A stretch of DNA of 64,000 nucleotides, from contig CP075494.1 of NCBI GenBank assembly GCA_021613535.1, forward strand, positions 7,502,001 to 7,566,000, read 5' to 3'. The position numbers and the translations under genes were made by a program. The notes under the pieces are model-generated. The model searched no databases. It saw nothing but the letters and a program-made list of their open reading frames with translations, and had not been told where the DNA came from. Below, in pieces: positions 15,024 to 28,663 of this stretch; position 1 is the first letter of the stretch; every line of letters begins with the position of its first letter. The stretch comes from Adineta vaga (taxonomy: Eukaryota; Animalia; Rotifera).

Positions 15024-16940
15024 TCTATTTATGCATACAAGATGATGACCTTTAGATTTGATTTAATCTTTTATTTTGATTTGCCTTTATATAGTATGCT
15101 TTTTCATAGATTGATCATTAGAATAACCTTTCCATTTTTCATCAGAATATGCAAGATGATTTTTTTTCCTTAAAAATACAAAATGACTTTCATTGATACG
15201 CTTGTGAACTTATTCTCCATAGAATTGAACATAATCAAGAAGTTTCTCATATATTTGCATTCAATTTTTTTTTCTCTTCTAATATGATTGTCTTCAGTTT
15301 TGATTGTAATAGTAGCATGATGTGTATGTATATATCATTGACATTGGTCGTCGTCTCTTTTACATTCTCAGTTTTTCTCCATTTTTTTTGTCATATTGTC
15401 GATGCAATGTCGACGGAAAGGAGACTTGATCTCCTGGGTGTCGTACACACTTAACGTTAGAAACATAGAAAAGATCAATTTGTGACGACTGACTACTGCT
15501 ACATCAGTTCTTTTTCTTATCCCTCCTTCTCTTTTGCTCGTTTCTCCACCAACGGTGACGACTGCATGCGTCGTTATGATGATGGCCGTCGAAGTAGTTT
15601 AGCAGTGTTAGCGCAATTTTTTTTCTCTTTCTATTTAGTCGTCTCCCTTTTTACATCTCTTCTGCTGATTACACATACATACACGCAACTTAGTCCCTTG
15701 TGTATTTTGCCTCTACTACTACCCTCGTTCATTATTATTTAGAAGAAGTAACAAAAAAAACGAGCGTGCGCGAGCGCGCAAAAAGAAGAGAGAGAGAGAG
15801 ACAGAAAGCAAACCATAGCGGTATGAAAGAATTCTCTTGAACAATTTAGGTGAGTGACAGTCGTTCGGTTCATTGCACTTTTTTTTTCTTTCTTTTTCTT
15901 TTTCTGAGACGATTGTCCGATCGGTCACAACGATAAATTAGCCTTCATTAAAAATCATTTTATTTCAATCAATATAATGCTGAATGCATTTATTTTGAAA
16001 TGAATAAGAATAACAGTTACTTGTGAAATTTTGCTCATTTTTTTCTCTCTTATTATTCTCCTCCGTCATCTAATAGTATTCACAAGAGTAAAGACATGAG
16101 ACACGTTTAGAAAACGAACTAATCTATTATATTAGTCTCAACCATCATCGCGAGTGTCGATTACGTGAGAAGTGACGATCAAATTATGTAAACATTCGAT
16201 GACGTCACCCAGAAAAAGCTAGAGAATATGTTTGCATATATATGTATATATATATATGCATATATGCAGCCTCAAAGTCGATATCCGCACGTTCTTTATC
16301 TTCTCGAGGACAGGAAGAAACCAAAAACACTGTAAAACGAGGAAATAAATTGATACGACGAGCAAATTATGTTACAGAGACGATCAGGGTTATTTCTTTT
16401 TTTTCTCTTTCTATTTACGTCTATAATCATAAAAAAAACACCCCAAATACCTTCAGACCACCCTTTAAAATAACAACAGTCTGTAAGATTATTAATTCAT
16501 CATATTCAGATACATAGTTCGTTGATTTTATTACCCATCGTGAGAATGAGAGAACGCAAAGAAGAAGAAGAAAAAAAGAATCCTAACAAACAGACAAACC
16601 AACTATTTTCAATCTTGTATTGTATGTGCGTGCGGATAGAGAGAGAGAGGGGGGGGGGAGAAGAAGAAAGAAGAAAGACGCGTTGTATCGTCACAAGCAA
16701 ACCGAATCGGACTATGTCAATAGTGGTAGCTGTAGTATTAGTAATCATAATAGTAGCAACTTTCATATTGATTGTATATGTTCGACACGTAGAGTAGTCG
16801 TGTGATGAATGAAATACATGCTGAATGCGAAGACGCATTTACAATGAATGAATGATGGATTATTTTGTTTCTTTTTTTCTTTCTTTCTTAGATCTTTTTT
16901 TTGATTTGAAAAAGAAAAATCTTCTATTCCAATCTTGTCT

Positions 16941-19516
16941 ATGATGATGCCAATTCTGGATCAAAGTCCAGGCCATCTTCATCATGGTCATGGCCATCAA
17001 GTATTCTATCATCAACAACATATACCAGAACAAACTGGTAAGATGCAATTGACTCTTATCTTACCGAACGGTGTTCCATCCGTGATTAATGTTGATGCAA
17101 AGTAATTGATTTAATTTAATTAAATACGATTATTACAATCTGATCATGTCATTTTTCTTTTAAGTACACCAATGATGGATTTATTAGTACAAGCAGCATC
17201 GTTAAATAAACTTAATCCGAGCGGACATTCGCTCGTTGTACTTGATTCAAATCAACATTTAATTCATTTCAAACCTAATCAAACTGTCGGACAAATTGGT
17301 ATGTTAATAAAATCTTTGCAACAATAAATGATAATGAGACAAAATTGTTCTTCGATCTTTTTTTAGTTAGGAACTGTCAACTACCACAAATAAATGGTAA
17401 TATCACATAACTCATATTTAAGATTGATTGTATCTATCTATATCTATCTTCATTTTTTTCGTCTATTGTTTAGGTTCATCTACGATTAGTCTTCTTCCTA
17501 AAGAGATCTCTCATCCTAATACTTCCACGAAAGCAAAAATTCAACCATTTGAAGTATGTTAGATTTCAATTATATTTTCTAATAGACAAATATTTTCTTC
17601 TTCCAAAAGATAACTGTTCGTTTACAAGTGAATCTGCCAGATGCCCAAAAGATCTTGTTACGTGTTGATCCAACATTACCATTACATGAAATCAAAGAAC
17701 AAATATGTAAACAAAAGAAATATCACGATTCAAATCGTTTTACATTACGTTTACCTCATAAACTTGATGAACCATTATTACTTGGACTTACCTTAGCAGA
17801 ATATAAAACAAATGAAATTACTTTGGTGCATCTTAAACAAGGTAAATCATTCTTTTATTTAAATGATCTTTTGCAATTGTTCATCAATCTTTAGATCCAA
17901 AAACGACTACAAATCATATTCAATCATTTGATCGTCTCTATCGTACACGTTCAGAAAGTCAACCACCACGAGATTTAATGCAAGAAATTCAACAGGAACA
18001 TCAAGAATTAATGAATAGCAAACATGTAATATTTTCTTGATCACTTTCATCAAATTACACATCTTCCTTCCTTCCTTTCTTCCTTTTATAGCGTCCAGCA
18101 AGTGTTCAATTAAATCCTCTTCAAGGTCAACATGTTACTTCATTACCGATACGTCCTACACATCCGAAAACATCGCATACATCTCTTCATGCTTATTGGA
18201 ATGATCCGAATTTTGATACTCAATCTCAAACATCGAATTGTTCATCAACAACAAAAAAACGTCAAGCACCAAGACCACCTGGTTACGTTAGTCCAACACT
18301 AAATGATCAATCTCAACCATTAGAACATCATCAGAGTCAAGAATCATTAACAGAAAGTATGAATGAAGCAAAACAAAAGCGTAAAGCTCCTATTCCACCA
18401 AACACGACGACATCTGAAGACGACACTGCTGATGAACAACAAATAAAAAAAAATGATGATGAATTACATTCTCCTCGAAATGAACAACATGCCGATCAAG
18501 TTCGAATTGAAGAAAAATCTTCTCCAATAACACAATCTCAACAACAAACACATTCTGAAATACATTCATCTGCACCAATTTATTCTCAAATACATAAAAA
18601 TACGGAATCAGTATCTAATGAACCTCATTATTCAACAGTTAAATCATCTCCTACACCACCAATCCCTCAACGTCAAGATTGTGTTGCTACATCTGCAGGA
18701 AATTATTCTGTTGATGAAATTGTTCAAGCTGGAATTGCAGAACGTCCTTTTGTCTCACCTGTTAAATCATCGAAAAAATCCAGATCAACAGATGGTCTAA
18801 CTAAAATCGTTAAAGATCATAATGAACGTGCACAAATCTATCAAGCTAACGAAAAGCAACCAGAAAATCTTTCGTATTTTCGTGTAGCTAAGAGTCGACA
18901 TGGAAAATTTGAAACAGATAATCAAGGTTTTATCAATGCGGCAACGAATATCTTTGAGGCAACATCAAATCAACAACTTGAAAAAGAAGATGAAGTTGAT
19001 CAATCACAAATACTCAATGCTGATCAGTTAAAAATGATCTTAAGTGATAAAGAAAAATCACCGACACCCATTCAGGTTTGAACATTCGAATTATAGAAAT
19101 CTTATGCTCTACTTTATTTTACATTTCTAGCTTGAAGTTACCGAGCGTACAACACATATTTCTGTAAGTAAATTTGGAGAAAGAATTTTTTTTTCGAGAA
19201 AAATTTTATATTGATGTTTTCTATTTAGGTAACTGTAGAAAGTGATCGTAAACAATTAATTACTCGAGCTTCACCAATTCCTCAACAAACTTCTACAACA
19301 CCTCCGGCAGTAGCACCGAAACCCATGGGAAAAACTATTACTGAATATCGTACTGTTCGACGCATTGGTCAAGATGGCGAAACAACAACGACGACGACTG
19401 TACGAACAGCAACGGTCCCATCAGAATTAACGGATAACGTTGAACAAACAAGTTCACCAACACCAGATGAATCAAATCGACAATCTCATGATCAAGACAA
19501 TTTGAACAAAGAATAA
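16941..19516 (+). CDS. Cordon-bleu (COBL/COBLL1)-like protein: N-terminal Cobl ubiquitin-like domains plus KRAP-type motifs
   Basis: Spliced translation LILPNG...TPMMDLLVQAASLNKLNPSGHSL...FKPNQTVG...TVRLQVNLPDAQKILLRVDPTLPLHEIKEQIC matches the remembered COBL N-terminus ([22 protein letters not shown]...FKPNTLIG...[23 protein letters not shown]). KRQAPRPP (about 18258) and KRKAPIPP (about 18377) follow. Start codon uncertain. Confidence 0.78.
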
Positions 19517-20856
19517 TTTCAATTTCTCTATAGAACTAGTCAAATTCTTTTATTAATTAGCAGCTTATCTTTTCCGGTGCTTTCTAATGCTTAAAAAACA
19601 AATTATTCTTACAAATCAGAACAGTGACTATCATGGAATATTAATCTCGAACAAAATTATTATTCGCTTTTGTATAATTAATCATATCTTTCTTCTTTTT
19701 AACTATCTCATTTTCTTCGAATTATTCTACTTGTTGTATGTGTCTTTTCTCTTCTTTATATCTTTGTCTATACATATGTGTTTTATGTAGTTGATACAAT
19801 GAGTAAATTTGTATGTGTTTATATTTCGAATTCTTTTTTTTCTCTTTCGAAAAAAAAGGAAATACATAGGCTCACCCGTACTATTGCGAGACTATTATCC
19901 GAACATAAATCTTATTTTATATCATCAATCAATAAATAATGATTATGACAGATTATGATCATTAGAAAGTATTGGACTAGAAAGAAAATGTGGCAAAGAA
20001 ATCAATACGTTTGTCTATTATCTCAATGATTATGTACGAGGGATTTTCGCCTTTAGCTGAAGACCTTAACAATTGCTTTGAAAACGAAGGACAGAGACAA
20101 TTTCCTTCAAGTTATATCATACATATGGATTAGAAAAAGTCTTGAAAAGAATTTCGATCGAAAGTTTATTTGTATCGATAGGCATTTTCAATGTGCGTAG
20201 TTCTTTAATGAATACTAAAATAAAATAGAGGTTCATCAATGTCAATGTATAACCTCGATATTATTATTATTATTATATCTCCATCTAATTCAAGTATATA
20301 GCAGTGACATGAAAACTTAGAAATAGATGAAATCTGTACCGATATATTAAACATTAATGCGAAATTAGTTTAAAGTACATCACAAAGAATGACATATTCA
20401 CTTGGAAATAGTTCAATTTATTTTTCAAATGAAGTACACTTTAAGATATAGATCATTTATGAGGTAATTCTTTTCAAAAATATGAAAAACATTTATTATA
20501 AAATACATCAAATCTTTATCAAGTTCTTTTCAAACAATTAACCGTTGACAAGCAGACAGATATGTTAATATGTATCAGTTGTGTTGATTGTTTGTCATTG
20601 TCTAGCTTATTACAAGAATTGAAGTAAATTAGTAGACAAGAACAACATAATTTCCGTTCAAAACAATATTATACCACCAATGGTTATTTGCTAATCTTGT
20701 TAATTCAATCCAAGGAAGTTCCGTTGACGTGATAAGCATTTGATTTTTAAAAGGAAAAAAAAAGAGACGACAACGATCAACAAAAAAATTCTTCGAATCA
20801 TTTACAAACCAACTTTCTATCCCTTCTTTTCTAGATAGCATACATCTGATCGAATC

Positions 20857-22961
20857 ATGAAAAGTAAATTCTTGTAGCTTGTCTTCCATCGGAATAAAAA
20901 TGAATAGGACTATCTTTTTATTTAGCTTTAACGCCATCTGCGAAACAAATGGCTGATTTTTGTACATCAATGTACAATTCAACATTGATTGGATCTAATG
21001 GTGATTATGACATTAACGATATTATTCAAGATACGATACATTGTCTTTATAGATTCATATTGTCCTGCATTTTTTGATCGTATTGCTTGTTGGCCACCAA
21101 CAGAGCCCGGTTTTCGTCAAAAGATACCATGTTCTAGTAATGTTTTTCCTAATGCTAGTTCCGATGGTATAGACATTGTGTGAACTGTATAAATGTTTAT
21201 TTGAATTTGTTTTGTTAAGCTTATGCAACACGCTTGTGTACAAATGAATCACGATGGGAAGAAAAAGGTCATTATGGTTTATGTATTGGCTGTTCACCTG
21301 CTGAATTATCGAATTCCGTATATATTAATCAGAAACAAAAGTAAATCTTGTTAATAATCGATTTGAATTCATTTTTAGAGTGTTACAAGTCCTTTTTCAT
21401 TACCGACAACGTATGTTGTTATACGTCGATATTTTGTTGTTTGTGCAAATGGTCTTTCAATAGTTCTACTTGCTTGTGGTATTCTTATTTTACTTGGTAA
21501 TAGGTTTGTATTGTTCAGGATAATTTCTCAAGATGTATTAGACTAATAGTGACAACTTTCTTTAGTCGTCTTCGGCGATGTTCTCGAAATATTCTTCATG
21601 TGAATATATTTCTTGTTTTTCTCATTCGTTCTGTTATTCAAATCATTGCTGAACTTCGAATGAGTCGTGGCTATTTCGATCATAATGTTTTCCATCGAAC
21701 AGATGCATGCAATCGAACATCAACTTATTTCAAAGAAAATCAAGTAAGATCCTTTCATTAACAAAACAAATTCATCAAAAATCAAAACGATTTAGTTACT
21801 CGATTGTAAATTATTTACTGTTCTAATGAATTATATCAATACTAGTGTATCACATTGGTTTGTTTTTTGTGAAGCATTATATCTCTTTCGTCTTCTTCGA
21901 GCAAAAGCATATAAAGATCGAGTTCGATGGTATATATTAACTGGTTGGTGTAAGTTATTCAAATGACATTCAACAGTGACAAAAAAAAAGAATCTTCGTT
22001 GCATTTGTTTTTCAGTAGCACCATTGATTTTAACAATTGTAACATATACAACGAGATATAAAACGAAAACAAATCTGATGACTTGTTGGTTTGAACCATC
22101 AAGTTATGATTGGATTCTTCATGGACCAAATATTATATTACAGATTGTAAGACTGATTTTATAAATTCTATTTTTCATTGATAACGTTTTGGTTTAGTTT
22201 AATTTCATAATATTTATTTATATTTGCGTATTACTTGCTCGTAAATTGAATAAGACGTATCGAACAGCAGCTTTTTCTGATAAACGACGTTTTGCGAAAT
22301 ATAGGTAAGACGTTTTTTTGTTAAGTAAGTAAGCTTCATTAATGTTTTTCTTTCTCTAGTCGATTGACACGTTCAACTTTGATTCTATTACCTGTTTTTG
22401 GTATACATTACTTTCTATTCTCATGGAATACAAAACCATTATTGATTCCTAATTTAATACTAATTCATCTTACTGTACATACAGTTTCATTATCACTTCA
22501 AGTAATATCAAAGTTTTGATGTCTATTACATTATATTCACTTTTCTTTTTCGAAAGGGTTTAATCGTTGCATTGATCTACACTTTAATTAATTCAGAAGT
22601 ACAACGTGAAATGTTTCGAAGTCTTGATCGATGTCTCGTTCGAAATAATAATGGTTGGCAAAAGCCACAATTCTTTCGAAATTATATGAATAAACTAGAT
22701 AATGAACGTTTATGTTCACTTGGTTATGGTATACGATCAACACCTGTTCAATATCGACAAAAATCACAATTAACTGGAACTGTACAATATTATCGTTGTA
22801 CAAATCAACATAAATATAGTTTAAGTAATCCTAGTCGACATGATTCATTTAGTACAGCAGCAGCTATTGCTCAAGAATTATCTTTGATTAATCCAATACC
22901 AAATCATCGACAATCAATAGTTAACATACAAAATAATCCAATTTGTTTTATACAACAATAA
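20857..22961 (+). CDS. Class B1 (secretin-family) peptide-hormone GPCR, multi-exon
   Basis: Hormone-binding ectodomain CPAFFDRIACWPPT..G....PC; TM2 CSRNILHVNIF; TM3 WFVFCEALYL; TM6 STLILLPVFGIHY; TM7 SLQGLIVALIYTLINSEVQ. The 5' exon and start codon are uncertain. Confidence 0.88.
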
Positions 22962-23117
22962 ACAGTAGAAATAGACTTTCTTTTCAAGCTAAATAAGACG
23001 TAGTGTTTGTGTAGAATTGATGTTGTTTTTGTATTTAACATATAGAACTTTGATTGATATATGCTCGTTATTTTATACCATATGAATATTTAAAGTGTAC
23101 AACTGAGTCATATGTAT

Positions 23118-23310
23118 AGAAAAATTAAAGGTGCTCATACAGATATTGCAGAGATCTGTGATGCATGAAAAGGTGGCGTGAGATAAATTAATCAAGATTC
23201 AATGGCTGTAAGTTTCATCTCTCCTGAGGAACTGGTTTCTAACGAAGATCTAAATCAATTTGAGCCAGACTTTATCTATACACAGATATTCAAGGAGATA
23301 CTCCTTGAAG
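23118..23310 (+). pseudogene. Decayed fragment resembling the N-terminal region of bdelloid ART/TPR-repeat family proteins
   Basis: One frame reads RKIKGAHTDIAEICDA*KGGVR*INQDSMAVSFISPEELVSNEDLNQFEPDFIYTQIFKEILLE, with two in-frame stops (23166, 23184). It resembles a remembered consensus (KVKGVFT.I..IC.AL...DQ.SI.ISF...LDQL.PSFMYTQ..KEILL). Confidence 0.55.
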
Positions 23311-23731
23311 CAATTATTCATGTATTCCCTCGCCTTCAATATATGTGTAGAATAATCCCATTTGCTTCGTACAACATTGAATAACAAAAACCGACTGATG
23401 TTTTGTCAATCTGAATAAGTAATAGTATTTTCCTCTTCTATCATTCATGTGTTTTTTATGTTTAATAGTAAAAATTTTACTCGCAAGAATATTTATCAAG
23501 CTCAAGAACAATTCATTGATCAAATAAGAAGAAAATCAATTATTAACATCAATATTTACTTTATATCAAAAAATTGATAATACATAGTTAGACATACACA
23601 TACATAGATTCTATTCATTTATGTACAAAAAAATAACAATGCGATATGATTCGAAATTTACAATAAAAAACACGCACATATCTGACATTATTTTTAAATA
23701 TTGATAAAAAGAAAACAAGATTTGTTTTTGA

Positions 23732-24286
23732 TTATATTAATTCTCGAAAAGTAATTGTTACATTGTCGGAAGTAATGTCTGTTATAGTAATTTTAGTTTT
23801 TTCATTACATGTTGGTGGATACCAATAATCTATTGAAGCAGTAGCAGCACTCGGGGTAGGAACTTTTTCTTCAACTGCTTCTTCTCTTTGTTCTTTGTGA
23901 GATTCATCTTCTTTATCTGATGTATCATTTTTGACAGAAGACACATCATCATTTTGATCGCGTGAAGATTTTTTTGGTGAAGAAGTACGTCGAGAAGTTG
24001 ATTTACTTTGTTTTTTATAACTGTCAATTAATGATTTATCGAGTATATTACCTTCTGGTTCCCATGAATTGTGACTTCGATCATAATGTTTCCATTTGAC
24101 TAAATATTCGGTTCGACCCTAAAATATTGAAATTTCTTCATTTTCATTGTTTTTTTTCTTTGTAAATGTCTTTACTTTTCGTCTTCGTCGTTTCAATAAT
24201 CGTTCGACTGTATATGTTTTATTCAGTGATTCTTCACGTTTTTTATTGGCTAAGATCATTGCTGATGTTTTCTTATTTCCGGACAT
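23732..24286 (-). CDS. Polycomb/CBX chromobox protein (chromodomain + C-terminal Pc-box), about 165 aa
   Basis: Exons 24286-24176 and 24118-23732. Chromodomain [41 protein letters not shown]-box YWYPP...[18 protein letters not shown]. Confidence 0.88.
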
Positions 24287-24518
24287 GACCGATTGCTTGC
24301 TTGTTATATATTTGTCTAAAAGGAAGGAAGAAAAAAAAAGGATAATAATCCTTGTTGTTCATCATCATCAAGGATGACGAATGAAAAAAAAGCAATAAAA
24401 TAGCTATATATATATATATGTTTGTGTGTATATAAAAAAAGATATGAGAACAAATGAACACAATTCTATCAGTATATCCAAAGAAATATATCTGAGGAGA
24501 AGAAAAAAAAACAATCAG

Positions 24519-25923
24519 TTAAGATTGTGCTTGAGCGACAATTGATTCATTAGTTTGTTGAGTTTGCGCTTGTTTTGTCGCTGAATTATTCGTAGTGGAA
24601 TTCAATCGTAATCGATGTGAATTAATTGATGAAGATGTCATTTGAGATTGTTTACGTTGAGCTGCTAATGTTGCTTCAATCGCACTAAAACGTCGAAATG
24701 CTTCGTTTATTAAATTTAATGATTGTAATCGTGTTGGCATAGATAATGGTTGAGTAAAATCATTTGGTAGTGTCGCAGAATAATTAGTTGGACTGTTGAT
24801 ATTCGTTGGTAATTGCTGTTCAGTAGAAGAAGATGGAGATCCAGGTACTACAATACGAGTAAAATCTGTTGCAGATGATAGAGAAGGAGGTTTGGGTGTT
24901 GAAGGAGTCGATATTCCATTCGTATGACCATGTAAAGACGATGGTGCTTTGCAATGACCATTGGTTAAACCTAGAAAAAATTTCATTCTGTTTATCTGAC
25001 ATGAACTTCGAATATAGATAATTTCACGGCTAATAATTGGATCTAATATTTATCTTTCTATCTGAGTGAATAAGCTGATTGATTCGATTAGAATGGTTAT
25101 TTACCTTGCCGTTGCATTGAATCATGTGTTGGTGTTCCACCAGAAGCTGCTGCTGCTGCTGCAGCTTCGGATAAAATACTTCTCATTCGACTACTATTTA
25201 CAATAGGTGTTCCTTTTAAAGCTGCATTCGTTGAATTAAAAGTTTTTTCTGTATTAGTTTTATGTAATACGTCAAGTTCTTCACGTAGATCTCGTGTTTC
25301 ATCACGTAATCTTTGTACAGTTTCTGTTAACTATGTAAATTAAATAAAGAAAAAAGAAACTAATTATTTCAAAAACTCATAGTTTCATACTTGTTGTTTT
25401 TCATCAAGTTCATTTTCTAACAGAGCATTTTGTTCTAATGCACGATTTAACTGTGTTTCAAATGTTGATAAACTATCTAATAATGTTCGTTTACCTAATT
25501 TATATGCAAAAAATAACAACAATAACGTAAAGAACATGTGAATTATTAAATGATCTTACTTCGTTCTAAATCATCATTAGTTTGTTCTAATTCCCTGATA
25601 TAGGTTGTTAATTTTTCATTGAGATTCTTACAAGCATTTAATTCTTCTTGTAATTGATCAAAACGTTTATCGAATTGTTTTATTGTTTGTTCACTTCGTT
25701 CTCGATATTGTTCATTTTGTGTACGTTCAACAAATAATTCTTGTTGTAAACGATGACTTTGACTATCTAATTGTTTTAATTGAACTTCTAATTCTTGTTC
25801 ATAATTTAATGATGATTGTTGATATTCATCAAATTCAATTTCTAAACGTTCAAAACGTGTTCGATATTCAATATACCGTTCTAATGCTTCTTGGTAGGTA
25901 CTGGGTTCATTATCATTTGCCAT
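24519..25923 (-). CDS. nudE: NudE/NDEL1 dynein regulator
   Basis: Coiled coil EFDEYQQSSLNYEQELEVQL...YIRELEQTNDDLERSKR...[40 protein letters not shown] matches NDE1/NDEL1. Four exons; Ser/Pro-rich C-terminus. Confidence 0.9.
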
Positions 25924-26200
25924 TAAAATCAGATAAAAACAGTAGATGAATCCAATTTGGATCTCTAGAATAGAAAAAAAAGAAAAGCACATTGTTGCTT
26001 ATTTATATATATATGTATATGCTATTTGTGTTTTTTTTCACTCATGCTGGATTTAGAAGAAATAAACAGTTAAAATAATAAGATAACACGAACAAAAAGA
26101 CAATATATATATATATTCTAAAGATACAACAGTAAGTCGAGATACAAATAGAGGGATAGAAAAAAAAAGTCAAGCGACGAAAGAATGCTGGCGGAAAGTT

Positions 26201-28130
26201 TTAATGATGTTGATCTGTTATTGGTGCTGTTGGTGGTTTTATACGAAAACAGTGAATGCCCAAGAAATCACAAAGTTCTTGACAGACTTTAACGTTGTAT
26301 CGAAGAAGATCATATAAACTCCAAAGCTAAAAAAAAGAAAAACGATAGATACTGACGATCGTATTTTTTCAGTGTTGATAGTAAACTCAAAATGATTTAT
26401 GTAATGGAATGATTTACATCTTTTACGATTGATTCTATTGAGATCAATCGGCCTTGGTAATCAATGCATTCTGTGTATGCTTTGCCTGGTATTAAAACAA
26501 AAACTTATTCTGAATAGGAAACACTATTTATGATTTACAAGGTCATCTATCCATCGTAATGGATATCTGTGAATGCATGTTAATTAACATGCTTCAATCT
26601 CTTTATATAAAGACGCAACATCAAGATCGTCTCGAAACTTACTAGAAAAAACCAAAGAAAAACATGTTCATCAATCAATAAATTAAAATATTGATTAATA
26701 CAAACACCCAATGGTCCAACATATGCTGTATCCCATTTATTCAATGAACTTCTTGACATATGTGCTACCTAGAGAACAAATGAACGCATATTCATAACGA
26801 AATTGAATGAAGAGAAAAATCAACGTACAATTAAACGATTGGTAATTTTTGAAAAGACAATACCATAACAAAGTAAATGAAGTGATGTGTGTTCTTCGAG
26901 AAGATGGGATATTGAATAATTTGAAGCAATAGTTGCAAGAAACAGAAGTAAACCGATTGGCCAAGCAGGAAAAATAATACTAGTACCCTAGATTTTGTAT
27001 TTAAATGACATAGAAAAGTTGACTGAAATTAAAGCTTTTATTCTTACAGCAACAGATGAAGAGTTTCGTCCACAACCACCTTGTGATACTAATCGAAGAT
27101 TATTAAATGAACTCCACAATGTTGAACCAATGATTAATAGAGCAACTAATATGCGATACTCAACTTGTAAGTAAGGTATCTTTAGAGAGAGAAAAAAAGA
27201 ATATGATTAATAATTATGAAATTCTTTGTTCCGTATTTATCTTACCGGTTTGGACCAAAATGCTGGTGATAATGTACTAATCATATACACAGCAATAAAT
27301 GAAAATTGTGCTTCAGTACAATCAAGTCTAAAGAGAATTTTCTCAATTTATCTATGAAATTGAACATTTCTCGTTGATATTTACTTTCCAAATTTCAATT
27401 TTCCCGACACATAAGTTTGCCAATGAGCACAATAAAATGCAAAGAAAGAAAGCATACATGCGAAATACATAAGCCATGGATAAACACCAAGTTGTACAGC
27501 GCAGCAACATGCAATTGTCACAAATACTAAAATTGAAAAATTTGATTGTTATGTCATTTTGTTCATAATACTCTTACCAGCTGATACAGAATCACAACCA
27601 TGATCAAAGAGTTCACCTAATGGAGATTGAGAACCAGTTCGTCGTGCTTGTTTACCATCAATAGCATCAAGTGATTGATAAAAAAACAAACCCAATGCTG
27701 TTAAAAAATAGATCCATCGTGAACACTAGAACAGAATAGAAGAATGAAAATAAATCGAACAGATTGATTAAAAAAAAATTCAAACCTGTTCTTTGGCACC
27801 ATTTGTTTCAATCATTAATAGAACACTAGTTCCAATATTTAATGCTAAACCCACAATCGTTACGAGATTTGGTGCAACCCATAATGGACAAAATTCGACG
27901 AGCCATTTCCAAAATTCTTGCATGACAGGATCGAATAATGTTATACCTTCCGATGCATATTTATGTTCTTTTAAACGTCGTAATTCTTGTTCAGTTAATA
28001 CTTCCGGCATTCGACGAAGTGCATTCTTTGCATTATTTTCTAATCGATCCTTTTTTTCTTTTAATTGTTGAAAATTATTGCGAAGTAATGCCGATGGACT
28101 CTTGTCCGTATTTCGATCTATTGTAGTCAT
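26201..28130 (-). CDS. CEPT1: Choline/ethanolamine phosphotransferase (CDP-alcohol phosphotransferase)
   Basis: LKEHKY...[10 protein letters not shown]; catalytic motif [30 protein letters not shown]; C-terminal [16 protein letters not shown]. Stop at 26203-26201. Confidence 0.92.
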
Positions 28131-28663
28131 TGATAATCTAAAATAAGAATCATTTCAAATATTCTTTATATATTTCAATAAATCAGAGAAAAAAATGTCA
28201 CACGTGAGCATAGGATCGAACTTATACTTCTCGAATGATTCATCATACTTTTTTTTCAACTGAAAACTAACAAAGCATACGAATCATGCTGATAAAAATA
28301 TGAAAAACAAAAATAAAGGAGGAAAATAAAGAAGACTTATACTTATATAAGCAAGCATAACGAAAAAGAACAGAAACGAACGAAATGAAACGAAGAACAA
28401 ATACTGTCTCAAGGCTACCCATCACCTACTGCATACAACACGTAGATGATGAATAGTAACGGAAAAGAATTTGATATCAATAGAAAATATTAATTTTTTG
28501 AGAATATAAAAAAGAATCTAACAGACGAATTGTTGATACGTTTTCTCAAGCACGAAGAAAAACAGAGTTTTGATTAGAAAACGAAGAGAATTTTCTATAT
28601 CACATTCCATTTGATCACAAAATAATAATCTAAATATTTATTTAATTTTTGCCTATGTTATTA

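Noticed and set aside
28195-28245. tRNA-like GTTCGATCC (B-box) on the minus strand
   Set aside because: The T-stem does not pair and no cloverleaf can be built.
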